Shown here in pieces: positions 1 to 7,971 of a stretch of 64,000 nucleotides of DNA (positions are counted from its first letter, which is position 1; each line of letters begins with the position of its first letter). The notes below the pieces were generated by a model. The model did no database searches and had not been told where the DNA came from. It was given only the letters and a program-made list of their open reading frames with translations. This DNA is from a candidate division FCPU426 bacterium (GTDB lineage: Bacteria; Oederibacteriota; PGYV01; Palsa-1178), in assembly GCA_963840035.1 (NCBI GenBank), contig CAWIXE010000003.1, positions 32,001-96,000 of the forward strand, read 5' to 3'. The position numbers and the translations under genes were made by a program.

Positions 1-294
1 TTTCCTGCAGGCATAGGAAGCGGGCCTGAAATCCTGGAGGCGAGGCTTACGGCAGTAAAGGTGCGTATTGAAACCGGCGACAAAATCATTATTTATACCG
101 ACGGTATATTTGAGGCAATGAATGAAAGCCGCAAGCAGCTGGGCATGGAAAAATTCGTCGAAATAATTGAAAAAAACGCGGATAAAAACACGCAGCAGCT
201 AAAGGACGCGATCATCAGCGCAGTATCGGATTTTACAAAGGGCGTGGAGCAGTTCGACGACATGGCGCTGCTTATTTTAGAGAGGATGGGTTGA
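1..294 (+). CDS. PP2C/SpoIIE-family Ser/Thr phosphatase (C-terminal part; 5' end outside window)
   Basis: Frame open from base 1; GDKIIIYTDG and QFDDMALL motifs of SpoIIE/RsbU phosphatases; next to a STAS gene. Confidence 0.88.
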   Translation, partial: FPAGIGSGPEILEARLTAVKVRIETGDKIIIYTDGIFEAMNESRKQLGMEKFVEIIEKNADKNTQQLKDAIISAVSDFTKGVEQFDDMALLILERMG

Positions 295-336
295 TCCGAG
301 ACTAATATATTGAACCTATTTTATCAGGAGGCAAAT

Positions 337-678
337 ATGAATTTCAGCATAAAAGAAACGCAAAAAGGCGTTGTTACGATCCTGGAACTTTCAGGCGGGC
401 TGGACGCGCATTCGGCGCCGCAGCTTGATTTGAAATTAAAGGAAGCCCTCGGCCAGGGCAGGGTAAAACTTGTCATATCAATGGCCGGGCTCGACCTTAT
501 AAGCTCCGCGGGCTGGTCCATTTTCATAGAAACAGCCATGCAGTGCAAGCAAGGCGGGGGGGATATAAGGCTCGCGGAAATGAAAAGCGACGCGGCCAAG
601 ATTTTCAGGATCATGGGTTTGAACAGCATCCTTAAAAGTTTTGAGAGTTCTGCGGAAGCGGCGGCAAGCTTCAAGTGA
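337..678 (+). CDS. STAS-domain anti-sigma factor antagonist (RsbV/SpoIIAA-like)
   Basis: LSGGLDAHSAP and DLISSAG (phospho-Ser motif); AGGAGG RBS before ATG 337. Confidence 0.9.
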   Translation: MNFSIKETQKGVVTILELSGGLDAHSAPQLDLKLKEALGQGRVKLVISMAGLDLISSAGWSIFIETAMQCKQGGGDIRLAEMKSDAAKIFRIMGLNSILKSFESSAEAAASFK

Positions 679-701
679 ACTATAGGTAAACGGAGGAAAA
701 C

Positions 702-1718
702 TTGGAAATCAGGAAAGTGGCAAAACTGGCAGGCGTGTCCCATATGACGGTTTCCAATGTCATTAACAACAAGGGCAGGATGTCGCAGAAGACCAGGGAA
801 AAAGTCCTGCGCGTCATGAAAGAGCAAGACTATTACCCGAACGAAGCGGCTAGGGTGCTTTCCACGGGAAAAAAAGACGTGATCGCTTTTGTGAGCGCCA
901 GGCTGGCGTCGCCTTTCATATCGGAGGTTCTCGCGTCCATAGAGGACAGGGCGTTTGAGGCCAACAAATACGTATACGGCATAGAGCACTTTTCCACGCG
1001 CGGGATTGAAAGCACGGGAGAAGAGCTCTTAAACAGGCTGCTTTTTTCAAAGAAAGTAAGCGCGGTCATTATCCTTTCAATACAGCCGAGCGCGGAAGTG
1101 GTCATGAAATACAGGAAAAAAGGCGTGCCGCTAATACTGCTTGAAAGCAGCGTAATAGGCGCGCACTCGGTACGCACCGATAATGTAAGGGCCTCCTTTG
1201 AAGCCGTGGATTACCTGGCCAAAAAGGGCAGGAAAAGGATCGGCATCATTGCGGGCAGGCAGATAATAGCCGCCAATGAAGAGCTCATGCCGACTTCCCT
1301 TGAAAGACTAAAGGGCTACATGGACGCGCTCAGGGCCAACGGCATAACCTTTGAGCCCGGGTTTGTGGAGGAATCATCGGATTATTCCTTTGAGGATGGC
1401 GTGAGAGCGCTGGATAATTTTATCGCAAGGAAGGCCGCCCTGGATGCGGTCTTTTGCCCGGCAGGCGATTTAACGGCAATGGGCGTCATGAGCAGGGCCA
1501 AGGAGCTCGGTATAAAAATACCGGGAGACCTGGCTATAATAGGATACGACGATACGCTCGCGGCAAGACTGCTGTCGCCGGCGCTGACCACTATCAGGCA
1601 GCCAATCGCGCAAATGGGCAGGCTTGCTTTTGACCTCGCGCTTGAGGCAATCCAGGGGAATATAGAAGATAAAGTCATTAACTTGCAGGCCGAGATGGTT
1701 GTGAGGGAATCAGCGTAG
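702..1718 (+). CDS. LacI-family transcriptional regulator
   Basis: N-terminal HTH IRKVAKLAGVSHMTVSNVIN, YYPNEAAR hinge, PGDLAIIGYDD...PALTTIRQP; TTG start with GGAGG RBS. Confidence 0.93.
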   Translation: MEIRKVAKLAGVSHMTVSNVINNKGRMSQKTREKVLRVMKEQDYYPNEAARVLSTGKKDVIAFVSARLASPFISEVLASIEDRAFEANKYVYGIEHFSTRGIESTGEELLNRLLFSKKVSAVIILSIQPSAEVVMKYRKKGVPLILLESSVIGAHSVRTDNVRASFEAVDYLAKKGRKRIGIIAGRQIIAANEELMPTSLERLKGYMDALRANGITFEPGFVEESSDYSFEDGVRALDNFIARKAALDAVFCPAGDLTAMGVMSRAKELGIKIPGDLAIIGYDDTLAARLLSPALTTIRQPIAQMGRLAFDLALEAIQGNIEDKVINLQAEMVVRESA

Positions 1719-1719
1719 A

Positions 1720-1954
1720 AGCATGGCTTTAGGGAGCCGTACTTCCAGACTCTTCTGAAATTATATCCGAGAAAGTCAAAGCTGTCCGTTTCCGTCTGTA
1801 TGACCCTTGTTTTCTCACCCTTTAAATGCAAATCAAACCGTTTGCACCGCCGTTTGTACCAGCCTGTCTTTCACAGTCGGTATGCCCGGTTTGTTGGCCT
1901 TAACCTGCGCCCACGCTTCCTCAAGAACCTCTTTTGCGGAGTTAATAGGCTCAC
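1720..1954 (-). pseudogene. Internally deleted group II intron reverse transcriptase remnant
   Basis: Minus strand encodes, in order, MSLLTP, EVLEEAWAQVKANK (RT0), PGIPTVKDRLVQTAV (RT2) and, in another frame, LHLKGEKTRVI...SFDFLGYNFR (RT7); YADD-containing core absent. Confidence 0.75.
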
Positions 1955-2063
1955 ACAAATCCCCAATCCTTTCCTGTAAATTTAACTTTCGTCTGCGAGG
2001 GGGGCTAAGACTGGACAAGTTTGCTGAAAGGGCATAATATAGGAAAAATAGTAAAAGTAAATT

Positions 2064-2132
2064 ATAGAGACGAGGCCCGAGCCCGTCTCTGGGAAGGGCC
2101 TGCTTTGAGAAGGGTACGGGCCCCTTCTCTAC
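2064..2132. repeat. GTAG-type REP-like hairpin pair
   Basis: agagacg-aggcccgagcc-cgtctct and gagaaggg-tacgggc-cccttctc followed by tac (GTAG on - strand). Confidence 0.5.
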
Positions 2133-2143
2133 GCCCCCTTTGG

Positions 2144-2172
2144 TTGACATATTCAATTCCCAGGGTTATAAT
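2144..2172 (+). promoter_or_regulatory. sigma70-type promoter
   Basis: Perfect TTGACA-N17-TATAAT upstream of ATG 2216. Confidence 0.8.
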
Positions 2173-2215
2173 CTTGAACACGGGAATAAACGATACGACT
2201 CAAACAGGAGACTAC

Positions 2216-3379
2216 ATGAAAATAATAATCATTGGCAACGGCGCTGCGGGGATTGCCGCGGCAGAGGCTGTACGGAAAAAGGACGCCGACGCGGAAATTA
2301 TCATGCTCAACAGTGAGAGGTATTATCATTACTCCAGGCCGCGCGTTATTGAATTTCTCGCCGGCAAAGTATCGCTCGAGCAGATAACCATAAAGAATTC
2401 AGAGTTTTATGAAAAGAACCGCATCAGGCTTGTTATGCTCGTGAAGGTGGAAAAGATAGACCCTGCGAAAAAGACCGTTTACCTCGAAGGCGGCATAGAC
2501 GAGACTTACGACAAACTCATAATCGCGGCAGGGGCGTATTCGTTCCTTCCGCCGGTTGAGGGTTCTGACAGCGAAGGCGTCTTCACGCTGCGCACCATAG
2601 ACGACGCCAAAGCCATCATAGAATACGCGAAGGATAAGAATGAAGCTGTTTTAGTCGGAGGCGGTCTGCTGGGCATAGAGGCGGCCATATCCTTAACCGC
2701 TCTTGGCTTAAAAACAACGGTTGTTGAGGTCTTTGACAGGCTCCTTCCGAGGCAGCTTGACGCGGAATGCGCCGCGCACCTGCAGAAACTCCTTGAAGAA
2801 AAATCGCTGAACTTCCTCCTGCCAAGGCAGTCGGCGTCCATAGTTAAAGATGGCGCCGGATTAAAACTGAATTTCAAGGACGGGTCATACGTGTCAGCCG
2901 GGCTGATACTATTTTCGGCCGGCATAAGATGCTCCATGAAATTAGCCGAAGGCTCCGGATTGGCGATGGATAAGGGTATTAAGGTAAACAATTACATGGA
3001 AACAAATATTCCTGACATTTACGCGTGCGGCGATATAGCCGAGTATAACGGCATGGTCTACGGCATATGGCCCGCGGCCAGGGAACAGGGCACGGCAGCG
3101 GGTCTGAACGCGGCCGGGGAAAAGACAGAGTATAAAGGCAGCGTACTCTCCACAAAACTTAAAGTGGCGGGCATAGACCTGGCTTCGCTGGGTAACATTG
3201 AAGCTGGAGCCGGGGTGGAGGCCTTTGTTAAAAAGGAAGGCAGCGCCATAAAAAAGATATTTATTAAGGACGGTAAAATATCAGGGGCGATACTGCTCGG
3301 AGAAACGTCTAAATATCAGGCGTTGCAGGAATTGATGAAAAAGGGCGCGGCAGTCAGCAGCCCTGAAAATTATATTTAG
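2216..3379 (+). CDS. FAD-dependent NAD(P)H oxidoreductase (NADH:rubredoxin oxidoreductase / NirB N-domain-like)
   Basis: IIGNGAAG, LVGGGLLGIE and IYACGD motifs; AGGAG RBS before ATG 2216 (track start 2021 is an over-extension). Confidence 0.88.
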   Translation: MKIIIIGNGAAGIAAAEAVRKKDADAEIIMLNSERYYHYSRPRVIEFLAGKVSLEQITIKNSEFYEKNRIRLVMLVKVEKIDPAKKTVYLEGGIDETYDKLIIAAGAYSFLPPVEGSDSEGVFTLRTIDDAKAIIEYAKDKNEAVLVGGGLLGIEAAISLTALGLKTTVVEVFDRLLPRQLDAECAAHLQKLLEEKSLNFLLPRQSASIVKDGAGLKLNFKDGSYVSAGLILFSAGIRCSMKLAEGSGLAMDKGIKVNNYMETNIPDIYACGDIAEYNGMVYGIWPAAREQGTAAGLNAAGEKTEYKGSVLSTKLKVAGIDLASLGNIEAGAGVEAFVKKEGSAIKKIFIKDGKISGAILLGETSKYQALQELMKKGAAVSSPENYI

Positions 3380-3387
3380 GAGGGATT

Positions 3388-3780
3388 ATGAAAAAAACAC
3401 TCGTACTGGTACTGACGCTCGCGCTTGCAGGATTTTTTGTTTCATGCTCACAGCCTTCAAAAGAGGCAAAACCCACAAAGGAAGAATACTCAAAGCAGGT
3501 AAAACTGAAGCTTTATGACGCTGAGAGGAAGATTGACCGGCTTGACAGGGCCGCGGCCGCGAAGAAAATAAAGGCAAAACAGGCATCGGCCGCGAAAGCC
3601 TCCAGAGAGCAGTTTGAGGCGCTGCAGGATAAGGTGTCGGAAATGGAAAGCGCGGCAGCGGACAACTGGGACTCATTTACAGCCGGAATTGAGTCGGGTA
3701 TGGCAAACCTGAATTTCAACCTTGAGCAGCTGCTGCAGAATGTTCAGGAAGAGAAAAGTGAAAGCGTTGAAAAAAACTAG
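3388..3780 (+). CDS. Coiled-coil lipoprotein, hypothetical
   Basis: Signal peptide with lipobox FFVSC; helical K/E/A-rich body; GGAGG RBS. Confidence 0.7.
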   Translation: MKKTLVLVLTLALAGFFVSCSQPSKEAKPTKEEYSKQVKLKLYDAERKIDRLDRAAAAKKIKAKQASAAKASREQFEALQDKVSEMESAAADNWDSFTAGIESGMANLNFNLEQLLQNVQEEKSESVEKN

Positions 3781-3907
3781 AAAATAGGACAAACATAGAG
3801 AAAGGCCAGTTTAATTAAGGATATGAAATATGTGTCCATTAATTGTGTACATTTCCCAGAATATCAATCTGCAGCTAAAAAAGCCGATAAAATAGCGATT
3901 AAAACAT

Positions 3908-3951
3908 TTGACAAGCATGGCGCTTTCGTGTATATTTGTAATCATTACAAA
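3908..3951 (+). promoter_or_regulatory. sigma70 promoter overlapped by a Fur/PerR-like operator
   Basis: TTGACA(3908)-N17-TATATT(3931); perfect 8-1-8 palindrome TTTGTAAT-C-ATTACAAA at 3935-3951. Confidence 0.7.
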
Positions 3952-4043
3952 GTTGTTATGTAGTCAAACTTGTAAAAAAAGTTGAAAATGAGTATTTATA
4001 GGCTATAATTATAAGGCAACATCAAATCTAAGGGAGGCTTAAA

Positions 4044-4535
4044 ATGATCGGAAAAAAAATGGAAGCGGCAATCAACAAGCAGATCAACGCGGAGTTTTAC
4101 TCGTCTTTTCTTTATCTCTCAATGTCGGCTGATTTTGAATCAAAGAATTTAAGGGGTATTGCCCAGTGGCTTAAAGTACAGGCTGAAGAGGAAACAAAAC
4201 ACGCGATGAGGTTTTATACGCATCTTGTTGATAGGTCAGGAAAGGTAAAACTCGACGCCATAGACGCGCCAAAGCAGGAGTGGAAATCAGCGCTTGAAGC
4301 TTTTGAAGAAGCATACGCGCATGAGCAGAAAGTCACCGGCATGATCTACAAACTCGTGGAAATTTCCAAAGACGAAAAAGACTACGCCGCTGAATCAATG
4401 CTCAAATGGTTTGTTGACGAGCAGGTTGAAGAAGAAGCCCAGACCCTGGAGATAGTTGACATATTAAAAATGATAGGCGACTCAAAAGGTTCGCTATTCC
4501 AGCTCGACCATAAGCTCGGACACAGAAAAGACTAA
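4044..4535 (+). CDS. ftnA: Non-heme ferritin
   Basis: NKQINAEFYSS, QAEEETKH, HEQKVT, WFVDEQVEEE ferroxidase motifs. Confidence 0.95.
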   Translation: MIGKKMEAAINKQINAEFYSSFLYLSMSADFESKNLRGIAQWLKVQAEEETKHAMRFYTHLVDRSGKVKLDAIDAPKQEWKSALEAFEEAYAHEQKVTGMIYKLVEISKDEKDYAAESMLKWFVDEQVEEEAQTLEIVDILKMIGDSKGSLFQLDHKLGHRKD

Positions 4536-4555
4536 AAAATCTGACGGAGCGCGTG

Positions 4556-4984
4556 ATGGAAAACACAAAATTCAGCCCTAAGGAAACCGGCGACAGGCTT
4601 AAGTCAAAAGGAATAAAACCTTCTGTCATCAGGATAAAGGTCCTTCAGTACCTGCTTGAGAACAGGGCCCACCCGAATGCCGACGCCATACACCGGTCTC
4701 TTTCCCGCGAGATGCCCACGCTCTCAAAGACAAGCATATATAACGCCCTTAAATTATTTTCCGAAAAAGGAATGGTAACGGAAATAAAGGGCGAGAATGG
4801 GGAACTGCGTTACGACGGCTATACGAACAGGCACGCGCATTTCCTGTGCACGGAGTGCGGCAAGCTTTTTGACATAGACCTTGAGTGCCAGGCATGCAAA
4901 AGCAAAGACCTTATTGGTTCAAAGATAACAGAGGAATCTGTTTACTTAAAGGGGCTGTGCGCCTCCTGTAATAAGCAGGGATAA
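4556..4984 (+). CDS. Fur-family regulator, probably PerR-like
   Basis: HPNADAI, SKTSIYNAL, HAHFLCTECG and C-terminal CASC; located inside the oxidative-stress operon. Confidence 0.9.
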   Translation: MENTKFSPKETGDRLKSKGIKPSVIRIKVLQYLLENRAHPNADAIHRSLSREMPTLSKTSIYNALKLFSEKGMVTEIKGENGELRYDGYTNRHAHFLCTECGKLFDIDLECQACKSKDLIGSKITEESVYLKGLCASCNKQG

Positions 4985-4988
4985 CGCC

Positions 4989-5489
4989 ATGGCCGGGATA
5001 CTGAAAAGCGGCGCTAAGGCGCCCGCGTTTAAGCTAAAGGACGCTAAGGAAAACGAAGTAAGCCTGAAGGACTTCGCGGGCAGCTGGGTAGTGCTCTATT
5101 TTTATCCGAAAGACAATACGCCTGGATGCACCATAGAGGCTAAGGATTTCACAAAGGAACTGGCCGGTTTTGAAAAGCTCGGCGCCCGGATCCTCGGAGT
5201 CTCCGCGGACTCATGTGAAAGCCACAGAAAATTCATAACAAAACAAAATTTAAAAATAACTTTATTGTCGGACGAATCAAAAACCGTGCTGAAAAAGTAC
5301 GGCGTATGGGGGAAGAAGAATTTCATGGGAAAAAGTTTTATGGGGGTTATCCGCACTACATACCTCATAGACCCTAAGGGGAAAGTGGCGCGCGTGTGGG
5401 AAGAAGTATCCGTAAAAGGGCACGCGGGGGATGTGAAAAAAGCCGTTAAGGATTTTCAGACGGAAACCGGAGGAATTAATGGGAAATAA
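4989..5489 (+). CDS. bcp: Bcp/PrxQ peroxiredoxin
   Basis: YFYPKDNTPGCTIEA motif. Confidence 0.93.
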   Translation: MAGILKSGAKAPAFKLKDAKENEVSLKDFAGSWVVLYFYPKDNTPGCTIEAKDFTKELAGFEKLGARILGVSADSCESHRKFITKQNLKITLLSDESKTVLKKYGVWGKKNFMGKSFMGVIRTTYLIDPKGKVARVWEEVSVKGHAGDVKKAVKDFQTETGGINGK

Positions 5490-6657
5490 GCTGGCGGAAA
5501 ATGTTTATCTGGTAGGGGCGAAACACTGGGACAGGAAGTTATTTGACGAGTTGATACCGCTGCCTGACGGCACAAGCTACAATTCATATCTTGTCAAGGG
5601 GTCGGATAAGACGGCGCTGATAGATACCGTAGACCCGGCAGTCAGGGAACAGCTTTTCGAAAACCTGAAAAAACTGGGAATTAAAAAAATAGACTACGTC
5701 ATAGCAAACCACGCTGAGCAGGACCATTCAGGATCCATACCTTACGTGCTGGCGGCGTTCCCTGAAGCGGTGCTCGTCACGAATGAAAAGTGCGCGGCTA
5801 TGCTCAAGGATTTTACCCTGATTACGGACAGCAGGCTTAAGGTAATTAAGGACGGCGAAACCATTGACCTGGGCGGGAAAACCCTTGAGTTCTGCCTTAT
5901 CCCGTGGGTACACTGGCCCGAGACCATGTCAACCTATCTTAAGGAAGACGGAATACTTTTTTCATGCGATTTCTTCGGCTCGCACGTGGCAGCCGCGGAT
6001 ATGTTCGACTCCGCTCATTTTTACAGGCAGGCAAAGCGCTACTACGCCGAGATAATGTCCCCCTTCAGGAACAATGTCAGGAATAACATCGCAAAAGTCG
6101 AAAAATTCAAACTGAATATAATCGCGCCGTCCCATGGCTATATACACACAAAACCACAGGCTATAATTGACGCCTATAAGGACTGGTCGTCTGAGAGCGT
6201 AAAAAATGAAGTGGTGCTGGCGTATATCTCCATGCACGATTCCACAAAGAAAATGGCCGAGTACTTAAGGGAAGCCCTGATAGACCGCGGCATAGATGTG
6301 CATTTTTTCAACCTTTCGGGTGCTGACCTGGGAGAGATAGCCATGCAGCTGGTGGACGCGGCAACTCTCGTGCTCGGAGCGCCAACAGTGCTTGCCGGGC
6401 TTCATCCGGTGGGAATGAACATCGCGTATATCGCGAACGCCCTGCGGCCGAAGACGAAGTTTGTGTCGCTTATTACCTCCTTTAGCTGGGGGGAAAAAGC
6501 GGCAGAGGCTGTTAAGGCCACACTTACTAATTTTAAGGCCGAACTGTTAACTCCGGTCATATCTAAGGGATATCCGAAGGAAGCGGAATTTAAGGAATTG
6601 GACAGACTGGCCGACGAAATAGCGGCTAAGCATAAGGAGATAGGGGTACTTAAATAA
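5479..6657 (+). CDS. fprA: Flavodiiron protein (A-type flavoprotein, O2/NO reductase)
   Basis: GTSYNSYL, HAEQDH, HWPE, CDFFG, PSHG motifs plus C-terminal flavodoxin domain. Confidence 0.93.
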   Translation: MGNKLAENVYLVGAKHWDRKLFDELIPLPDGTSYNSYLVKGSDKTALIDTVDPAVREQLFENLKKLGIKKIDYVIANHAEQDHSGSIPYVLAAFPEAVLVTNEKCAAMLKDFTLITDSRLKVIKDGETIDLGGKTLEFCLIPWVHWPETMSTYLKEDGILFSCDFFGSHVAAADMFDSAHFYRQAKRYYAEIMSPFRNNVRNNIAKVEKFKLNIIAPSHGYIHTKPQAIIDAYKDWSSESVKNEVVLAYISMHDSTKKMAEYLREALIDRGIDVHFFNLSGADLGEIAMQLVDAATLVLGAPTVLAGLHPVGMNIAYIANALRPKTKFVSLITSFSWGEKAAEAVKATLTNFKAELLTPVISKGYPKEAEFKELDRLADEIAAKHKEIGVLK

Positions 6658-6658
6658 T

Positions 6659-6787
6659 ATTTTAGATTTTTGATTGCAGATTTTAGATTTAATGAGCTCC
6701 GCGGCACTATTATAATAGAGCCATGGAATACCTTAAATTTAAAATATAAAATTTGAAATCTAAAATTACAAAAACGGAGGTATTATC
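6659..6787. repeat. ~130-bp intergenic unit, copy 1 (inverted TTTTAGA/TCTAAAA 7-mer arms)
   Basis: Near-identical to 7173-7297; central TATTATAATA palindrome; ends in AAACGGAGGTA RBS. Confidence 0.85.
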
Positions 6788-7168
6788 ATGGCAAAAGCTT
6801 TAGAGATCTACAAATGCGCGAAATGCGGGAATGTAATTGAAGTACTCATCGGCGGAAACGGGGAGCTTGTGTGCTGCGGCGAGCCCATGAAGCTGCTTGA
6901 CGAGAAGAACAAGGAAGGCGCCGGGGAAAAGCATCTGCCGGTCATCGAACTTAAGGACAATGGCGTGCTAATCAAAGTTGGCTCAGTGCCGCATCCTATG
7001 GACGCTGACCACTGGATACAGTTCATAGAGGTCATCCGCAAGGACGGAAAAGTCGGCAGGAAAAACCTGAATCCGGGCGACAAACCAGAGGCTTTCTTCA
7101 TTATGAAGAAAGAGGACATCCTGCAGGTCAGGGAGCTTTGCAATAAACACGGGCTCTGGACGGCGTAA
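6788..7168 (+). CDS. dfx: Desulfoferrodoxin (2Fe superoxide reductase)
   Basis: CAKCGN...CCG, EKHLP, HPM..DHWIQ, CNKHG. Confidence 0.96.
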   Translation: MAKALEIYKCAKCGNVIEVLIGGNGELVCCGEPMKLLDEKNKEGAGEKHLPVIELKDNGVLIKVGSVPHPMDADHWIQFIEVIRKDGKVGRKNLNPGDKPEAFFIMKKEDILQVRELCNKHGLWTA

Positions 7169-7172
7169 GGCG

Positions 7173-7297
7173 ATTTTAGATTTTTGATTGCAGATTTTAG
7201 ATTTAAGGAAGGTGAGGCGTTTATTATAATAGAGCCATGGAATACCTTAAATCTAAAATATAAAATTTGAAATATAAAATAAACGGAGGTAATTGAA
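7173..7297. repeat. ~130-bp intergenic unit, copy 2
   Basis: Direct repeat of 6659-6787. Confidence 0.85.
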
Positions 7298-7873
7298 ATG
7301 GCATCGTTAAAGGGAACACAGACTGAAAAAAACCTTCTCGCTTCGTTCGCGGGGGAGTCGCAGGCGCGCAACCGGTACACGTTTTTCGCTTCACAGGCAA
7401 AAAAGGACGGATTCGAACAGATATCGGCCATATTTTTAGAGACGGCCGAGAATGAAAGGGAACACGCGAAAAGGTTCTTTAAGTTCCTTGAAGGCGGGGC
7501 AGTGGAGATTACGGCAATGTACCCGGCGGGACAGATAGCCACAACGCTCGAGAACCTGAAAGCCTCGGCCGAGGGTGAACACGAGGAGCATTCAAAGATA
7601 TACCCTAAATTTGCGGATATCGCCGAAAAAGAAGGGTTTAAGGACGTTGCCGCCGCGTTTAAGTATATAGCAAAGGTCGAAGTGGAGCATGAGAACAGGT
7701 ACTCAAAACTTATAGCAAATATAGAAAATGAGCAGGTATTTAAAAAGGACGGCAAAGTGCGCTGGAAATGCAGGAACTGCGGCTTAGTGCACGAAGGCCC
7801 CGAAGCCCCGGAAAAATGCCCGGCATGCCTGCACCCGAAAACGTACTTTGAGATAAAAGAGACGAATTACTGA
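7298..7873 (+). CDS. rbr: Rubrerythrin
   Basis: FAGESQARNRY, ENEREHA, EVEHE, C-terminal WKCRNCG...CPAC. Confidence 0.96.
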   Translation: MASLKGTQTEKNLLASFAGESQARNRYTFFASQAKKDGFEQISAIFLETAENEREHAKRFFKFLEGGAVEITAMYPAGQIATTLENLKASAEGEHEEHSKIYPKFADIAEKEGFKDVAAAFKYIAKVEVEHENRYSKLIANIENEQVFKKDGKVRWKCRNCGLVHEGPEAPEKCPACLHPKTYFEIKETNY

Positions 7874-7877
7874 TATA

Positions 7878-7954
7878 GTCCCAGGACCCATGACCCAAGA
7901 CCCAGAAATACAGGCCCGTTATTGACTTGGGTCATGGGTCTTGGGGCATGGGAC
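7878..7954. repeat. Inverted tandem-heptamer element (GACCCAN unit, 4+4)
   Basis: gtcccag gacccat gacccaa gacccag ... ttgggtc atgggtc ttggggc atgggac. Confidence 0.8.
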
Positions 7955-7971
7955 AAACAGAATGGGGAAAA

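Noticed and set aside
324..989. 221-aa minus-strand ORF
   Set aside because: Antisense to the well-supported STAS and LacI genes
1720..2156. Functional RT (retron, DGR or intact intron)
   Set aside because: No YADD core; fragments lie in different frames; no TR/VR pair or msr-msd seen
2021..2215. N-terminal extensions in the ORF track (also 7927, 9730, 10683, 20941, 27662, 53947)
   Set aside because: They run through promoters, palindromic repeats or the upstream gene; downstream ATGs match family starts and most have a clear RBS
6808..7755. 315-aa minus-strand ORF
   Set aside because: Antisense shadow of dfx and rbr running through an intergenic repeat
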